A DNA stretch of 64,000 nucleotides, taken from contig OX597814.1 of assembly GCA_951406725.2 (NCBI GenBank), positions 105,276,001-105,340,000 of the forward strand, given 5' to 3'. The notes beneath the pieces were generated by a model that worked only from the letters and a program-made list of their open reading frames with translations, had not been told where the DNA came from and ran no database searches. Positions within the stretch are counted from its first letter, which is position 1; every line of letters begins with the position of its first letter. The translations under genes were made by a program, and so were the position numbers. This stretch comes from Octopus vulgaris. Lineage: Eukaryota. Shown here one piece after another: positions 1 to 14,746 of the stretch.

Positions 1-239
1 AAGGCGGTGCTCCAGCATGGCCGCAGGCAAATGACTGAAACTAGTAAAAGAGTAAAAGAGTGTGTGATATGTATTTATTATGTCTTCTGGTTATTAATGC
101 CGGGTTTGTGAGAAAGGTGAAAACAGACAGACAGGCAGACACCCGTATCCATCCATTGATACTCATGGATACACATGCACCCATCTCCCATCATAAATGC
201 TCATATGTGTGGTTGAGAGAGTGTATGCGTGAGTATAAT

Positions 240-405
240 CGGCGGGTTTCTTTCAGTTTCCGTCTACCGAATCTAATCGCAAGGCTTTGGATGGTCCGAG
301 ACTGTGGAAGAAGACACTTGGCCAAGGTGTCACACAGTGGGACTGAACGCGCACCCATGTGCTTGGGGAACAAAAACGTCTTGACCACACAGCCATGTCT
401 GCGCC
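240..405 (-). mobile_element. Family A SINE 5' half
   Basis: Homology to 19949-20110. Other partial copies are at 1-59 (+), 3610-3930 (-), 6234-6392 (-), 45306-45470 (-) and 63936-64000 (+). Confidence 0.8.
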
Positions 406-460
406 TATGTATTTGTGTATGTTATAGATAAATACAGGTGCAAACATTCAAACAAACATA

Positions 461-796
461 TAGTAGAACCTCGCTTTACGAGTGCCACATTGTACGAGTA
501 ATTTGCTGTACGAGCCGAAACTCACGTGAATTTTTGTCTTGAAATACGAGCGGAAATCCGCAGTATGAGCACACAAATCGTCCCATCTGTAATTCAGTTA
601 ATAAAACCAGTTTACATATTTCCTTTGCATTCTCTATTTTATAATTTTCATTTTATCTGTAACTACACCTTTTCTGTTTTAAAACCATGGAACGGATTAA
701 TTATACTTTAGTTAATTTGCTGATTTGTAAAACGAGTAAATCGTAAGACGAGCTCGCTCATGGAACGATTTAGACTCGCACTGCGCGGTATCACCT
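461..796. mobile_element. Degraded pogo/Tigger-like MITE
   Basis: TA-tagtagaacctcg ... cgcggtatcacct-TA, with repeated acgag subterminal motifs. Confidence 0.4.
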
Positions 797-2333
797 TATT
801 AATAAACCTAAATATATTTTTTAAAAAAACATTTATTCATCGTTGCTGTGTAAATTAGACATGACTTTATAAAACCAGGTTTTTACTGAAAGAAGAAATA
901 CTCAGACATCGATTCGCGTCTGCAAGACTTTACAGGAATGTTGAACGACTGAAGTCAATCAAAGTCTACTCGTATCACCGGTTATCCTTATCAACTGATC
1001 GATCTGTCATAACAATCGTTTCGTTTTTCACCAACGCCGCCAAATCTCCTCTCAACGGTCACCATTTTTCTCTATTTTATTAAATGACGATTCCTGCTCT
1101 TCTCTTCCAAAGACATAAACACCTTCGACATTTCCTCGAGCTTCTTTTGTGAAAAAGGATAATCCATAAAATAGACCATTGATGATATTCGTTCCTCGAT
1201 TATCTCCAGACGATTGTCTCCTAAGCTTCTTTTATACACTTCGACTGATCGCTGGAAATAGAACCATATTTGCTGATGCTGTGTCGAAGCATCATGATTT
1301 AATCTTCAATTCTAGCACCAGTCAAGTGCCGGTGCAACTCTCCACACCTTCTACCATTATATCCTGGTTGTTCTGAAGAGACAAGAGGGACAAATTCGAG
1401 AAGGTTTCTGTGTCCGCTCTTGTCGACGTGAGCAGCGACAGTGTCAAGGCCTTGCCACAGTGATATCAGGGGCATTCTCGATGGACAGTGACGGCTATGT
1501 GGAGGTGGATGTGTATGGGCGGGCGGGCGTGTTTATATGTGTGCGTGCGTGTATGTGCGTGTGTGTGTGAGTGCACGTATGCGTGTGTTTGTGTGTGTGC
1601 TTGTGTACATGAGTGTGTACGTGCTTGTATGCGAGTGTGTATGTATGCATGTGTGTGTGTGCGTGTGTGTGTTTGTTCGCGCGCGTCCGTGTGCAAGCGT
1701 GTGCATGCATGTGTATGTGTGCGTGTGTGTGTATGCATGCGTGTGCATGCGTGTGCATGTGCGTCTAAGTGTGTGTGTTTGTGTACATGTGTGTGTGCGT
1801 GTGCGTGCGTGTGCGTATGTGTATTTGTGTACATGTTCGTACGTTTTTGCGTATGTATGTGTGTGTGCATATGTGTCTGTGCTTGTGCGAGCGTGTGAAT
1901 ATGCGTGTGTGTGTGTGTGTGTGAATATGCGTGTGTGTGAGTGTGTGCGCGCGCGCTGCAGTGGATTAACCATTAAGCAAAATAAGCACGTGTAGAAGGC
2001 ATCAGCGGAAGGGGTGGTGGGTGGTTGGCGGGGGTCACCAGAAATAGTAAATGGCTTACAACACAAAAGAAATCACTTTATACTTGCTATAATAATATTT
2101 GAAGTAGTTTTTTATGATCGGAAATATAATTTTGAAGTGTTCATGGTGCCATAGTGATGATCTGATCAACGACTTTTCAATCAAATATTAAAAAAAAACA
2201 ATAATAAATAGGAGAAAACTTTTCAAAATTAAATCAACTGAAAATATACGAAAATAAACATTTTTTTTCCTATCTAAACTCTTAGTTTTCTTTCGTTTTG
2301 AAAGATAAAATTTATTCTATGGCTAATCATTTA

Positions 2334-2480
2334 TATTATTTACATTTGACGGATATTTGTCCTCATCTTGTTTGTTGTTAACACAACGTTTCGGCTGATA
2401 TACCCTCCAGTCTTCATCCGGTGTCTTAGGGAAATTTTGAACCTGGGTTCTCATTCTTAAGGTATTTTCTGATGTTGTTG

Positions 2481-2549
<69 letters not shown>

Positions 2550-2655
2550 TTACTGCCTGGAATCGAACTCGGAATAACTACTACGCCATATGCCCGTGGG
2601 CAAATGTAAATAATGTAAATAATGTACATAATTCCTCGTCTCTTAAATATAGAAT
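2334..2655 (-). mobile_element. tRNA-headed small element carrying an HHR (SINE/retrozyme-like) with short inverted end
   Basis: Minus strand order is A box TGGCGTAGTAG, B box GTTCGATTCC, (AAT)n, then the HHR at 2425-2380. attatttacatttg near 2336 is inverted at ~2601. Confidence 0.6.
2380..2425 (-). ncRNA. Minimal HHR, core mutated (CGGATGA)
   Basis: gacac-CGGATGA-a-gactg..cagcc-GAAA-cg-TT-gtgtt, with palindromic stem III AACGTT. Confidence 0.6.
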
Positions 2656-3115
2656 TGGCTTATTATTGTTTGTATTTTCAGTTACATATATGTGGGCCGC
2701 ATCAACATTTTTTTAAGTGCTTAGGACCTCGATAGGTCTAAATCCTTCCCTGTGTCTGTGTGTGTGTGAGTGTGTGTGTGTGTGTAGTGTGTGTGTGTGT
2801 GTGTGTGTGTTTACTTTTATCTCCAGAAGTATGAAAGAGACTCAAGAGTCAGAGGTTTCGTTCAGTGACACTCACTGGCGTAGCCATAGTGTGTGCAGCC
2901 CAGAGTAGCCCTTCTGTTTGACGTCCCTGGAACCCAAAATAACTGCGCAATGCCAGCAGTAGACCCAAAAGTGCCGCCCCTGCCATTCAGTGGTGGTACT
3001 TTGGTGAAACTAGTCTCAAATTAGACTTCATTTATGAAGAGCGACTAAAATTAATTTAATTCCTGAAACTCTCAACCCTCGAGTCACTCCGTGACTTCCA
3101 CCTGTTAGTATACAT

Positions 3116-3173
<58 letters not shown>

Positions 3174-3204
3174 TTACACACCCCATATACATATATACAT
3201 ACAT

Positions 3205-3237
<33 letters not shown>

Positions 3238-3287
3238 CTTACACACATCATATACATATATATACATACATACTCACACACACACAC

Positions 3288-3345
<58 letters not shown>

Positions 3346-3349
<4 letters not shown>

Positions 3350-3570
3350 AGAGTTTACGAAAAAATCAAAAGACGAAGGCAGGTGGTGTACAAAGCAAAC
3401 AGATGTATTAGTATAACACTCAGGAAAAGAAAAAATCTTTTACGTTTCGAGCCTACGCTCTTCTACAGAAAGGGACACAGAAAAAAGCAGGGAGAGAAAC
3501 AAAGGGAGAAAAAAAGGAGAGAAAAAAACAAGGAGAGAAAAAAATGTGTGTAGAAGCTAACGATCTATTA
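3346..3570 (-). mobile_element. Small PLE-pLTR-like element with variant HHR (3437-3472)
   Basis: cttt-CTGTAGA-a-gagc-gtag-gctc-GAAA-cg-TA-aaag. Its 3' end abuts (TA)n. It is homologous to 22748-22926. Confidence 0.65.
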
Positions 3571-3957
3571 TGACTTACACACACAACACACATGTGTATG
3601 CCTATACATTTATCCTTTTATTTCCTTCAGTCATTTGACTGCCGCCATGCTGGAGCACCACCTTGGTGGGTTTTAGTCGAACAAATCGATCGCAGGAGTT
3701 CTTTTTACAGCCTAGTATTTATTTTATCGCTCACTTTTCCTGAACTACTAAGTTACAGGAACGTAAACACACCAAAAGTGGTTGAGAAGCAGTGATAGCG
3801 TTCAAACACAGACACAAAGACATACACACATAGATATATACATATAAATACGACGGGCTTCTTTCAGTTTCCGTCTCCCAAATCTACTCACAAGGCTTTA
3901 GTCGGTGCGAGGCTATAGGAGAAGGTACCGTGCCTATACAATGTGTATATATGTGTG

Positions 3958-3996
<39 letters not shown>

Positions 3997-4094
3997 GTGT
4001 GCGTGTGTGTGTGTACATATATGTACATATATATATATATATTTATTGTATATATATATATGTATGTATATATAAGTATATATATATATATATA

Positions 4095-4129
<35 letters not shown>

Positions 4130-4161
4130 ATATGTATGTATATTTAATATATATATACGCG

Positions 4162-4199
<38 letters not shown>

Positions 4200-5183
4200 C
4201 GTAAATATATATGTGTGTATAATTATATGTGTGTGTGTGTGCGTGTGTGCGTGTGCGTGCAAGTTTTTTATGTGATTGTGTACGAGCATATATGTCTTTC
4301 AGTATGCCTACGTGTGTGTATATGTATGTATGCATGTATGTATGTCTTCATGTATGTGTGCATGTATGTATGTGTGTATGTATGTATGTATATATGTATG
4401 TATGTGTATGTATGTATGTGTATGTATGTATGTGTATTTATGTGTATGTATGTATGTATGTATGTATATATATATGTATGTTTGCATGTATGATTGTGTG
4501 CGTGTGTATATATTTGTAAACGCCGTCGCGTAGTTGTGTAGTTGTGTACATAATGTCGGAAAGTACTTTGAGCCGGCGTAAAGTGCATGTCTTTAAGATC
4601 GCATTAATTATTGTGGATGGCTTCATAAAAGGGGGAAAGAGAAGAAAAGAAAAAGAAAAAAGACGGCGAAGGAAGACAAAGAAAGATAAAATATATCGCT
4701 AATGGCTTTAGCAGTTACGTCTGAGGAAAGCAGCAGAGGCGGAAACAGACGCTGCTTTTTCAATCACTCGAAATTATCACCGGCATCAAAGTCGTCAACA
4801 TTAACATCATCAAAGTCGTCGTCGTCATCATCATCATCATCGTCGTCGTCGTCATGATCACCATCACCGCAGTCGTTGTGAACGTTATCATTACCACAAT
4901 CATCATCAGTATCAAAACCATCGCCATCCATCACCACCACCAGCACTATCAACAACAACAACAACAAAAGCTGCATCCGTCGCCGCCATCAACAGCACTA
5001 GCATCACCACCCTAACCACCACCGACATCACAACCACCTCAAAAACCACCAGCAGCACAATAGATACTACTACTACTACTACTACTACTACTGCTACTAC
5101 TACTACTACAACTAAAAATAATAATAACAATGAAAATAATAATAATAATAATGATAATAATAATAATGATAATAATAATAATG

Positions 5184-5253
<70 letters not shown>

Positions 5254-5419
5254 TGATGATGATGATACCACCACTACCCTATTCCTTGCCACAACGAACG
5301 CCACGACCATCCACCATGACCAAAGCGTTCATCACCAGCACCACCACATCCACCACCGCCGCAACAACAACCACACCTTACCATCAAAACTACGACGACC
5401 ACCACCACCACGGCATCCA

Positions 5420-5475
<56 letters not shown>

Positions 5476-5536
5476 ATATTCAGGAATCATGGAACACCAG
5501 AATAGACTTGAAATATTTAATTTCATCTTTGTCATG

Positions 5537-6045
5537 GGGCGATGAGCTGCAGGCAGAATCGTTGGTGCGGCGAACAAAATGCTATGATGGATTTCGTCCG
5601 TCTTAACGCTCTGATTTCAAATTCCGCCGAGGTCGCATTTGCTCTTCGTCTTTTCGGTGTCGATAAAATAAGTATCCCTTAAGAACTTGGGTCTAAGTAA
5701 TTGACTTGGTCTCCCCAGCCGCCGAAATTGCTGGCCTGGTGCCAAAACTCAAAACCAATATTTAATTCCATCCTTCGGCCTTTTAACTTTTGGTTGGAAT
5801 AAAGGTTTTGAAATGATATTCTTAAAAGAAAAGAATAAATAAATAAAAGCGACGAGCTGGCAGAATCATTAGCACGCCGGACAAATTGCTTAGCGTCATT
5901 TCGTCCGTCTTTATGCTATAAGTTCAAATTCCACCAAAATTGACTTTTCCTTTCGAGGTTGATGAAATAAGTACCAGTGGAATACTGGTGGGCGTTGCAA
6001 TCGACTCACCCCTCCCACAAGATTCCAAGCCTTATAGGAGAAAGG
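5537..6045 (+). mobile_element. Two tandem family B SINEs (5537-5760, 5848-6045)
   Basis: Homology to 42015-42249. Further copies are at 9228-9362 (-), 35478-35665, 41105-41275, 50457-50665, 63315-63450 and 63467-63665. Confidence 0.8.
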
Positions 6046-6864
6046 ATCGACATTATCAATCACTTGGCTCAATAAATCGATTAAAAATGACATCCCCCCT
6101 CCATAATATATCCTAATTTCAATTGATCTTTGTCAATTCTAAATCAATGTTATGTCTTTGGTACTGCTACACATTTCAAACACTTCCTTCTCATCATATT
6201 GGCAAATTAAATTTAAATGTTCAATTATATCTTTCTTTTCTTTTTGTTTTACTTGTTTCAGTCATTTTGACTGCGGCCATGCTGGAACACCACCTTTAGT
6301 CGAACAGATCGAACCCAGGACTTATTCTTTGTAAGCCTAGTACTTATTCTATCGCTTTCTCTTTGCCAAACCGCTACTTACCACACAGCCACACTAATAC
6401 TAAATAGTAATACAATAGACTTATCGTTGGAGATTACAATAACTACCAAATGGCAGTGAAGACCCGCTGCTCCTGAGAAGGGGAAATAATTTCAAGACTC
6501 AAGAATTCTCCAAAGATGCCATTAAAGAAAATGGTGATAAGAGGACGGTCAGCAACCCAATACATGCAACGATTCTGGTCCTTCAAAAAACTCTACCTTC
6601 TCTTCCGAGTAAATTATAGCAGACATTTTTAATTGGTTTCATCAGATGCAAGGTGCTATTTTCATGGCGTTCTTAACTCCTGCCCCCAAGACCGGTGACA
6701 TTAATGTTAGTGTTCCTCCTTAACAATTTACATGTTGACGACTGACGCGACATTAGGCTTTAGAAAGGTATTCCAGGGAGCGGTCCAACATGTAAGAAAC
6801 AAAAGGACTAGACATGGCGGTTAATGAAAGTCTTGGTAGGATGGGAACAAAGAGAGAGAGAGAG

Positions 6865-6956
<92 letters not shown>

Positions 6957-8850
6957 GTTTGAGGGAGAGATAGGAGTACCTCAATGAAAGAAGACCGGAA
7001 CAACCAGCTGTAATGTACACAGGCCATTGTAGAGGCTGTATACAATGCAGCCATGAGGTTAGTATGTCTAAGGGTCAGAGCTTGGAGTCCTCGGTCTGGG
7101 CAATGCCGATTTTCTCGGCAAAATCTGAAAGACAGAAGCCGACATTCTCCGTTGCAGCGCCTTCGTCATTTTGTCTGCGCAGCACAGCTGAATCACCGCT
7201 CAGACACGAATGTGGACCCTCTCCCTCCCTCCTCCTTTCTCTTTCTTTTGATGTTAAATTCTTTTTTCCTTTTGCCTTTCGTTTTTTTTTTTCTTGCTTC
7301 ATTTAAATATTAGTTTTTTTAATTGCAAATATTATTGATTAAAATGATAAATCTGAGGTGTGTGTTGGCAAACAATTACACGACATATTAGTCTGGTGAC
7401 CTATCTTTCAATGTAGTCAAGATGTCTCCACATGTTCAGCAACAATTCTTGGTACCAAATATGGCAGCAGCATTCCATTGTAGATCTCGCGTAGGCTTTG
7501 TAAAAGTCTAGAAAGTTATAGCGGGTTTGAAGTATTTTCGCTCCCTGAACAAAAAGGACCAGTAATTTTGATGCAGTTTTTCAATGTTAATGACATGTCG
7601 TTACCACAGTAATGATGAGGGTTAACATTAGTAACAGTTTTGAGGGTTCTCATAAAGCGCTGGTCATGTTTTGGTTTTCTGAGGTGCGATGGTATTTTGT
7701 TGATGTGTGTAGTGGTTGTGTCTCTGTGCAATGGAAGAAGAGGAAATTGATATAACCCTATTGGCGTCTGTTTTGAAGGCCTCCGTTCCTGTAATCATTT
7801 GTGGTTTGACATGATGATAAAGTTAGGGTGCGGAACGTTAGGCTGAAACGAATGATGAAATCAACGAAAATAACATCCTCTATTTTATAACCACAAGGAT
7901 CGTTCTTTGGTCCCATCAGTGCCACATTCCAAAAAAATGTCTCACGAGAACCTTCTCATGCAAAGAGAATGATATGAGTTTTGGATTAAGAAAATAATTT
8001 AAGTGGGAATCGAAAACGTATCACAGAATTCTCTTTCTATGTCCGTTAAACAGTTCTCACGTTAGTGCTAATATAATTCATGCGGGAAGAATTGAAAAGT
8101 TAATCAGAGATAAATAAACCACATTTATATATTTCCGACAACCACCACCACCACCACCACTATAACTGATTATCGAAAGCAAAATCAATATTAATGAAAA
8201 GAACATCATTGGATGTTGTGTATCACGTGACCTTGAATTGACACTAGCACCCGCTATTTCTGCAGATAAAGCAGGATATTACTGAATAGGTTTCTCATAG
8301 CCTCTTCCAGCCCTAGGGGTGGTACAGCGCCAAACCCTGAAAACTTACAAAACATCTGTCACTTAAAACGATGACCTACCTAAGTACTTCTTCACAGAGA
8401 ATCACTCGCTGAACTATTGTCTTAACTCAAAACATAATGTCTCCATTTTGAATAATTCAAGGACGCCAACATCATGCGAAACAACATTGGCTGTGATTAT
8501 ATAAAACAATGTCGACAATACATATTTCTTTTCCTTTTTCATCTTTTGTAGCGAAACAAGTTTGCTTAAAAGGGTTTCCACTAACACTACATGTTCACGT
8601 GACTAACACCAAACAGACTGCACTCCTGTTTTTACTGCTTACTCGGCAGAAATGCGATCTTCTCAAATGTTCTCCATCAAAGTTCTTCACAACAGGCACC
8701 AAACCCGTTCACCGTCAACCGCATCGTTTTCACGTCTGCAACCATCGACAGAGAGTGCAGAAATACATACGTTCCTTCGCCACACTTTAATAAAAAGTAA
8801 AAACGATCGCCCACTTTTTCACTGTGCTTTACGATCTTTGTGCGTTTCTA

Positions 8851-8896
<46 letters not shown>

Positions 8897-10159
8897 TGTT
8901 TCTGTGTGTGTGTTTTCTTGTTCGTGTGTGTGTGTGTATGTGTGTTTGTGAGCATGTATATATGTGTTTGTGCGTATGTTTATTTGTGTTTATGTGTGTG
9001 TGTGTGTTTGTATGTGTACGTATGTGTTTGTGTGTGTGTGTGTTTGTATGTGTATGTATGTGTTTGTGTGTGTGTGTTTGTGCTTGAGTGTGTATTTGTG
9101 TGAGTGAGTGTGTGGGTGGGTGTTTGTATACAAATAGTGTCAGTGTTCTTTCTATGTGTTCACCTATCTCTGTTATATTTGTGTGTGCATCAACCATACT
9201 AAAGAAGGAAATATTTTTTATACAGAATATTGGCTTCAAATTCTGGCACAAGGCCAGCAATTTTGGTGGGGTGGATGTAAGTCGCTTGTATCACCCCCAG
9301 TACGGAAGTGGTACTTATTCTATCGACCCCGAAAGGATGAAAGTCAAAGTCGACCTCGGCGGAAATTTGTTAGATATATCTCGTGATTTGAATTCAGGTA
9401 AAAAAAAAGTCACAGGTAATGTTGTCAATATCTGCAAGTCATAAGGCGGCGAGCGAAATGCGAGCCGTATTTCGTCTGCTGTTACGTTCTAAGTTCGAGG
9501 GATCGCGGGTTCGAATCTCAGACTGGGTGATGTGTGTGTTTATGAGCGAAACACCTAAGCATCCTCGCGGCTCCGACAGAAGGTAAGGGCGAACTTCTGC
9601 TGACTCTTTCGCCACAACTTTCTCTCACTCTTTCCTCCTGCATCTTGCAGCTCACCTGCGATGGACCGTCATCCCGTCCAGGTGGGGAACCTATACGCCA
9701 AGAAACCGGGAAACCGGCCCTTATGAGCCACACATGGCTCAAGAAGGAACAAACAACAAAAAAACAATAATCAAGTGTGACTGATTTGAATATTTTTGTT
9801 TGTTTACCTGACTTTCTTTCCCAGACGAAATTGTGAGTTTTTCAGTGACTTTATTACTGGTCACCATAAATTAATTGTGACTTTTTTTCCTGTGATTTTT
9901 TTCCTGCGATTTTTTTCCTGTTACTTTATTTAGCGAGACTTGTGTGGTATTTATACGTGTGGAGATATTTAGAGGAGCAAGATGTAAGTCTTAGAGCATT
10001 GCTTCATGAAAAACGACGTCATTTGACGAGTTAACCGTTATTTAGAACTTCATTGTCATATTAAGCAATATCAATGATGCAAACGATTTATGTGTGTTTG
10101 CATGTGCGCATGCGTGTTGTGTGTGCGCGCGCGTGTGTAGGTGCGTACGCGCGAGTGTG

Positions 10160-10672
10160 TGTGGTAGCAGGTGGAGAAGGATTGTGCACGAGGGGACAGC
10201 TACTTTTGAGAAATCTCGAGTTACGCATGAGAAAGTAGGGATGGATGTCAGGAAGGGCATCGCTATCACACTTCGAGATGGGAAGGGTCTTCCTATGATG
10301 CTGACATGCAGTGTCTGTGCAAGACCCTGCCTCAGTAAAGCTGAACTCAAGAGTCATTTTCGTAGTCATAAAGCGAGACAGATGAGTGACAACCTGGCCA
10401 CTGGTGTTGGTGTTAAGCACCATACTAATCATATCTGTCAGGCATGTGGAAGAGAGTGTAATTCGGCAGGAGGACTTAAACGACATGCAAAGGTACATGA
10501 AGCCCAGTAACAACTAAAGCCGGCTATTGCCGGTACAGGTTTTAAGGTGCCAATTCTGTGCAAGACATTGTAGATCTTTAGCTGGGCTAAAAAGTCACAT
10601 TCGATCACTGCACCAATAACAGTTAAGCTTCGGGCAATAGCCATGCTCGATAACGAGGGGGCAGCCAACATG
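10160..10672 (+). mobile_element. RTE LINE 3' end encoding three C2H2 zinc fingers
   Basis: RWRRIVHEG..FE, then CSVC..H..H and CQAC..H...H, and a third frameshifted finger CQFCARHCRSLAGLKSHIRSLH. An RTE-like 3' hairpin tail follows. Confidence 0.6.
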
Positions 10673-10729
10673 TATCAGAACAGCACATTGGGTCTTTCAA
10701 TATTTCACATAAGTTCTATCTATTTAAGG

Positions 10730-10914
10730 CAGTGTTTCCCAAACGTTGTTATGCCCCGTACCCCTAAAAGCTTTTAATATGTTCTCGCACCCCTTAAAAT
10801 AACTTATATAAGAATAAAGTTGCCCGGGGCAATTACCCTCTTTGACCCCCTATAAATCAAGCCCTGTTCGCACCCTATGGAATGCTATCTCCCACCCCTT
10901 GTTGGGAAACCCTG
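10730..10914. mobile_element. hAT (Charlie-like) MITE
   Basis: CAGTGTTTCCCAA / TTGGGAAACCCTG ends, with an imperfect 8-bp TSD atttaagg/atatgagg. Confidence 0.65.
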
Positions 10915-11195
10915 ATATGAGGTGTTACTGATAAATTGATTTAAAAAAGCTATTGGCAATCCTGGAATGTTGGTCCTTCAGAATTGTGGTGTTTTTAGAA
11001 AATATGAAAATCAAGTCGCAGAGCCCTTCGAAAAAGAAAATACGTCCCTATGCTAAAAATTCTAATTCTTCAGATTCGAGACCGTACACTGTGTCTTGGA
11101 ATGAACATATATACATGCCTAGCATATACGCGTGTATATATATTGATAAATGCAATGACAAACAGAGGGACAGACAGACAGACAAGCAGACAGAC

Positions 11196-11304
<109 letters not shown>

Positions 11305-11410
11305 CAGATAAATGGACAGATATATGGATTGTCTCACTGACTTTGTAAGTCATCTTTTGCACTGTTTAACATTTTGCATTGAAGCACACACAATTTCTGT
11401 TGCTCTGTTT

Positions 11411-11451
<41 letters not shown>

Positions 11452-11581
11452 CACATGTATATGCTTGTTTCAAAATTTCCGTCACAAAGGTTTGATGTTT
11501 AATGCCAAGCCAATTTACATCTGAAAGACGTCTACATAGAAAGTGGTTCTGACGCTTTATTCATTCCTAATAATAATAATC

Positions 11582-11618
<37 letters not shown>

Positions 11619-12264
11619 CAACAACAACAACGACGACGGAGTTAAAATGGTTTTTAGAAGATATCGGCATAAAAGTCGTACCCTGCAGTGACAGACACTA
11701 TTTGGTCCACGCTGCCATGAAATAACCACTGCCTTCTCAATATATACACAAATATATACACACCATTTGTTCCTCAAACGCACCCAACACATGCATACAT
11801 ACATACCTGGGCGCACGCTACTACACATCACAGACGCACTCATTCGCCTGCAGCTGTCACGGCCTCCGCCACCACCACCACCACCAAAACCACCACCACC
11901 ACCACCATCACTAAAAGACAAAACTGTCTCTTAAAGAAAGTGGAAAGAGAGAAAAAAAAGCCGTTCCTACTGACCTCGGCAGCACAAAATGCTTTAATAT
12001 GGAAAAAAAAAATTGCTTCAATATGTAAAAGCATGTGTGTGTGTGTGTGTGTGTGTGTGCGCGTGCACGCGTGCGCGTAGGTATCTGTATACATGTATGT
12101 GTATATAATGTACACACATGCTTACATACGTATATACATACATACATACATACATTCATATATATAAATATATATATATACATACATTCATACATTTATA
12201 TATATATAAATATATATATACATACATTCATACATATATATAAATATATATATATACATACATT

Positions 12265-12319
<55 letters not shown>

Positions 12320-12409
12320 GTATATATATATATACATACATTCATACATATATATAAATATATATATACATACATTCATACATATATATATATATATACA
12401 TTCATACAT

Positions 12410-12440
<31 letters not shown>

Positions 12441-12545
12441 CATACATACATACATACATTCATATATATATACATACATTCATATATATATATAAATATA
12501 GTATATATACATACATTCATATACATATATATATATATATATACA

Positions 12546-12577
<32 letters not shown>

Positions 12578-12721
12578 CACGAATGTATAACACAGTTGTT
12601 CCTTGGATCAAACAAATATTATTTACTTATTTATTCCACAGACATTATCAAACATGTTTTTCCGTTTTATTATTGTGTATATGTATCTGTGTGTGCGTGT
12701 GTGTGCCTCTGTGTGTGTGTG

Positions 12722-12773
<52 letters not shown>

Positions 12774-13361
12774 GGGTACTCCCTGAGTGTCAGTTGTCTG
12801 TAGTTTAACATTTTCGTATTCTTTTAACTTGGAATTAATTCGCTTGTCCTAATGTCACCCTGGCGGACCCCCCACCACGACCACGACCACCAACACCAAC
12901 ACCACCGCAGCTGTCTCAGCCGCCGCCGTTGACATCACCACCACTATCAGCCTTACATCACAATTACAACCACCACCACCACCACCACCACCACCATCAT
13001 CATCATCATTAACCCCATCACTGCCGTGCTCACCTCCACCATGACCACCGTCTCTGTTGCACTCTCCACTCGCTATCACCACCATCATCATCATCTCCAC
13101 CACCTCTATACTCCTTCTCCTCATCATCATCATCCTCATCGTCATCGTCATCATCATCATCGTCGTCGTCGTCGTCATCATCGTCGTCATCATCGTCGTC
13201 ATCATCGTCATCATCATCATCATCATCATCACCCTCATCATTCTCCCAAGTCCTAATCTTATTCCCTCACCATCTACCCCCACCCTGCTGTTTTTTTCAG
13301 GTGGTTGATCTATTATTCGTCTCACTACCTCTCCCCCCTCGGACTCCTCTTTAAGAAATAC

Positions 13362-13401
<40 letters not shown>

Positions 13402-13688
13402 CGGCACATACACACACAGACACACGAATACACTCTCATACACGCGACGACCTTGAGTTCTTGTGCACTCGGTTAAATGACTTCACCATTCACTTCCGAA
13501 AGACTAAGTCACCACCACCGCCACATAAACACACACATACACACATTCACGCACATAAAGACGCATATACACGCGCTCCTATACACAATCACAGATCTAT
13601 ACGCACGTTCTCAAACACACACACACACGGTGGCCTTGGAATTTTCGTGTAAGCTACTAAATGATTATAGCAGACAACACGCACACGC

Positions 13689-13776
<88 letters not shown>

Positions 13777-13808
13777 GTTTAAATATTCCGAAATATAACA
13801 ATATATAT

Positions 13809-13854
<46 letters not shown>

Positions 13855-14746
13855 TACATAGAGACGTACGCACCCAGACACATGGAGACCAATACATACA
13901 TGCTATTTCTTTCTCTCTCACAGCCCTCACTTTCTCCTTTCTGTTCCTCTCTCTCTCTCTCTTCCATTCTCGCTCTCTCTCTTCCTCTCTCTCTCTCTCT
14001 CACAGCCCTCAATTTCTCCTTTCTGTTCCAGTCTCTCTCTTTCTCTCTCTCTCTCCCTTTCTCGCTCTCTCTCCCACTCTCTCTCACAGCCCTCACTTCT
14101 CCTTTCTGTTCCACTCTCTATCTCTCTCTCCCATTCTCGCTCTCTCTCTCCCTTTCTCGCTCCCTCTCCCTATCTCTCACACCTTGATACTCTTTTGTTC
14201 TATCAAATTATTTCCACAGACTCTCAGACACAAAAAAGAGAGTATCATATAAAAATTCCTTGCTCTCCTGATTTCCCCAAACCAATCCAACTTGGCGAGT
14301 TTTCTGCTTCGTCAACCTCTCCAAGTTCTTATTGTTGTTGTTATTCTTCTTCTTCTTGTTACCGCTCCCATAACTACCATTATTGTTGTTTTTGCCATCG
14401 ATGACAAGGAGAAAAATTGCTCGGTGGTTGCCATAGGATTGTCTCATTCCCTTCTTTTTGCACAACAAAAGCGTCCTTCAGCTCCCGAAGAACAACCTCC
14501 CCTTATCACATGGTCTGAAAGAGATTGGTGAGATTCTATGCTCAGGTTAGCCCTGTGCGCCATCTTCCTTATATAGTTCAGATAGGAAGGAGTCAGGAAC
14601 GGGTACCTGGCCACACAAATTGACGAGTTTTCTACTTGACCACCCTCTTTTTGTTCTTATTGTTGTCATTGTTGTTGTTGTGGTTGTTGTAGCTACGATA
14701 GTAGCGTAGGAGGGGGAGGAGGAGGAGCAGCAGCAGCAACAGCAGT

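Noticed and set aside
850-1490. Non-repetitive segment, possible exon or LINE relic (also 6420-7210, 7330-7800)
   Set aside because: Frames are interrupted with only faint TE-like motifs, so it cannot be assigned without a search.
2546-2595. Functional tRNA gene
   Set aside because: The anticodon arm is missing, so it is treated as a tRNA-derived head only.
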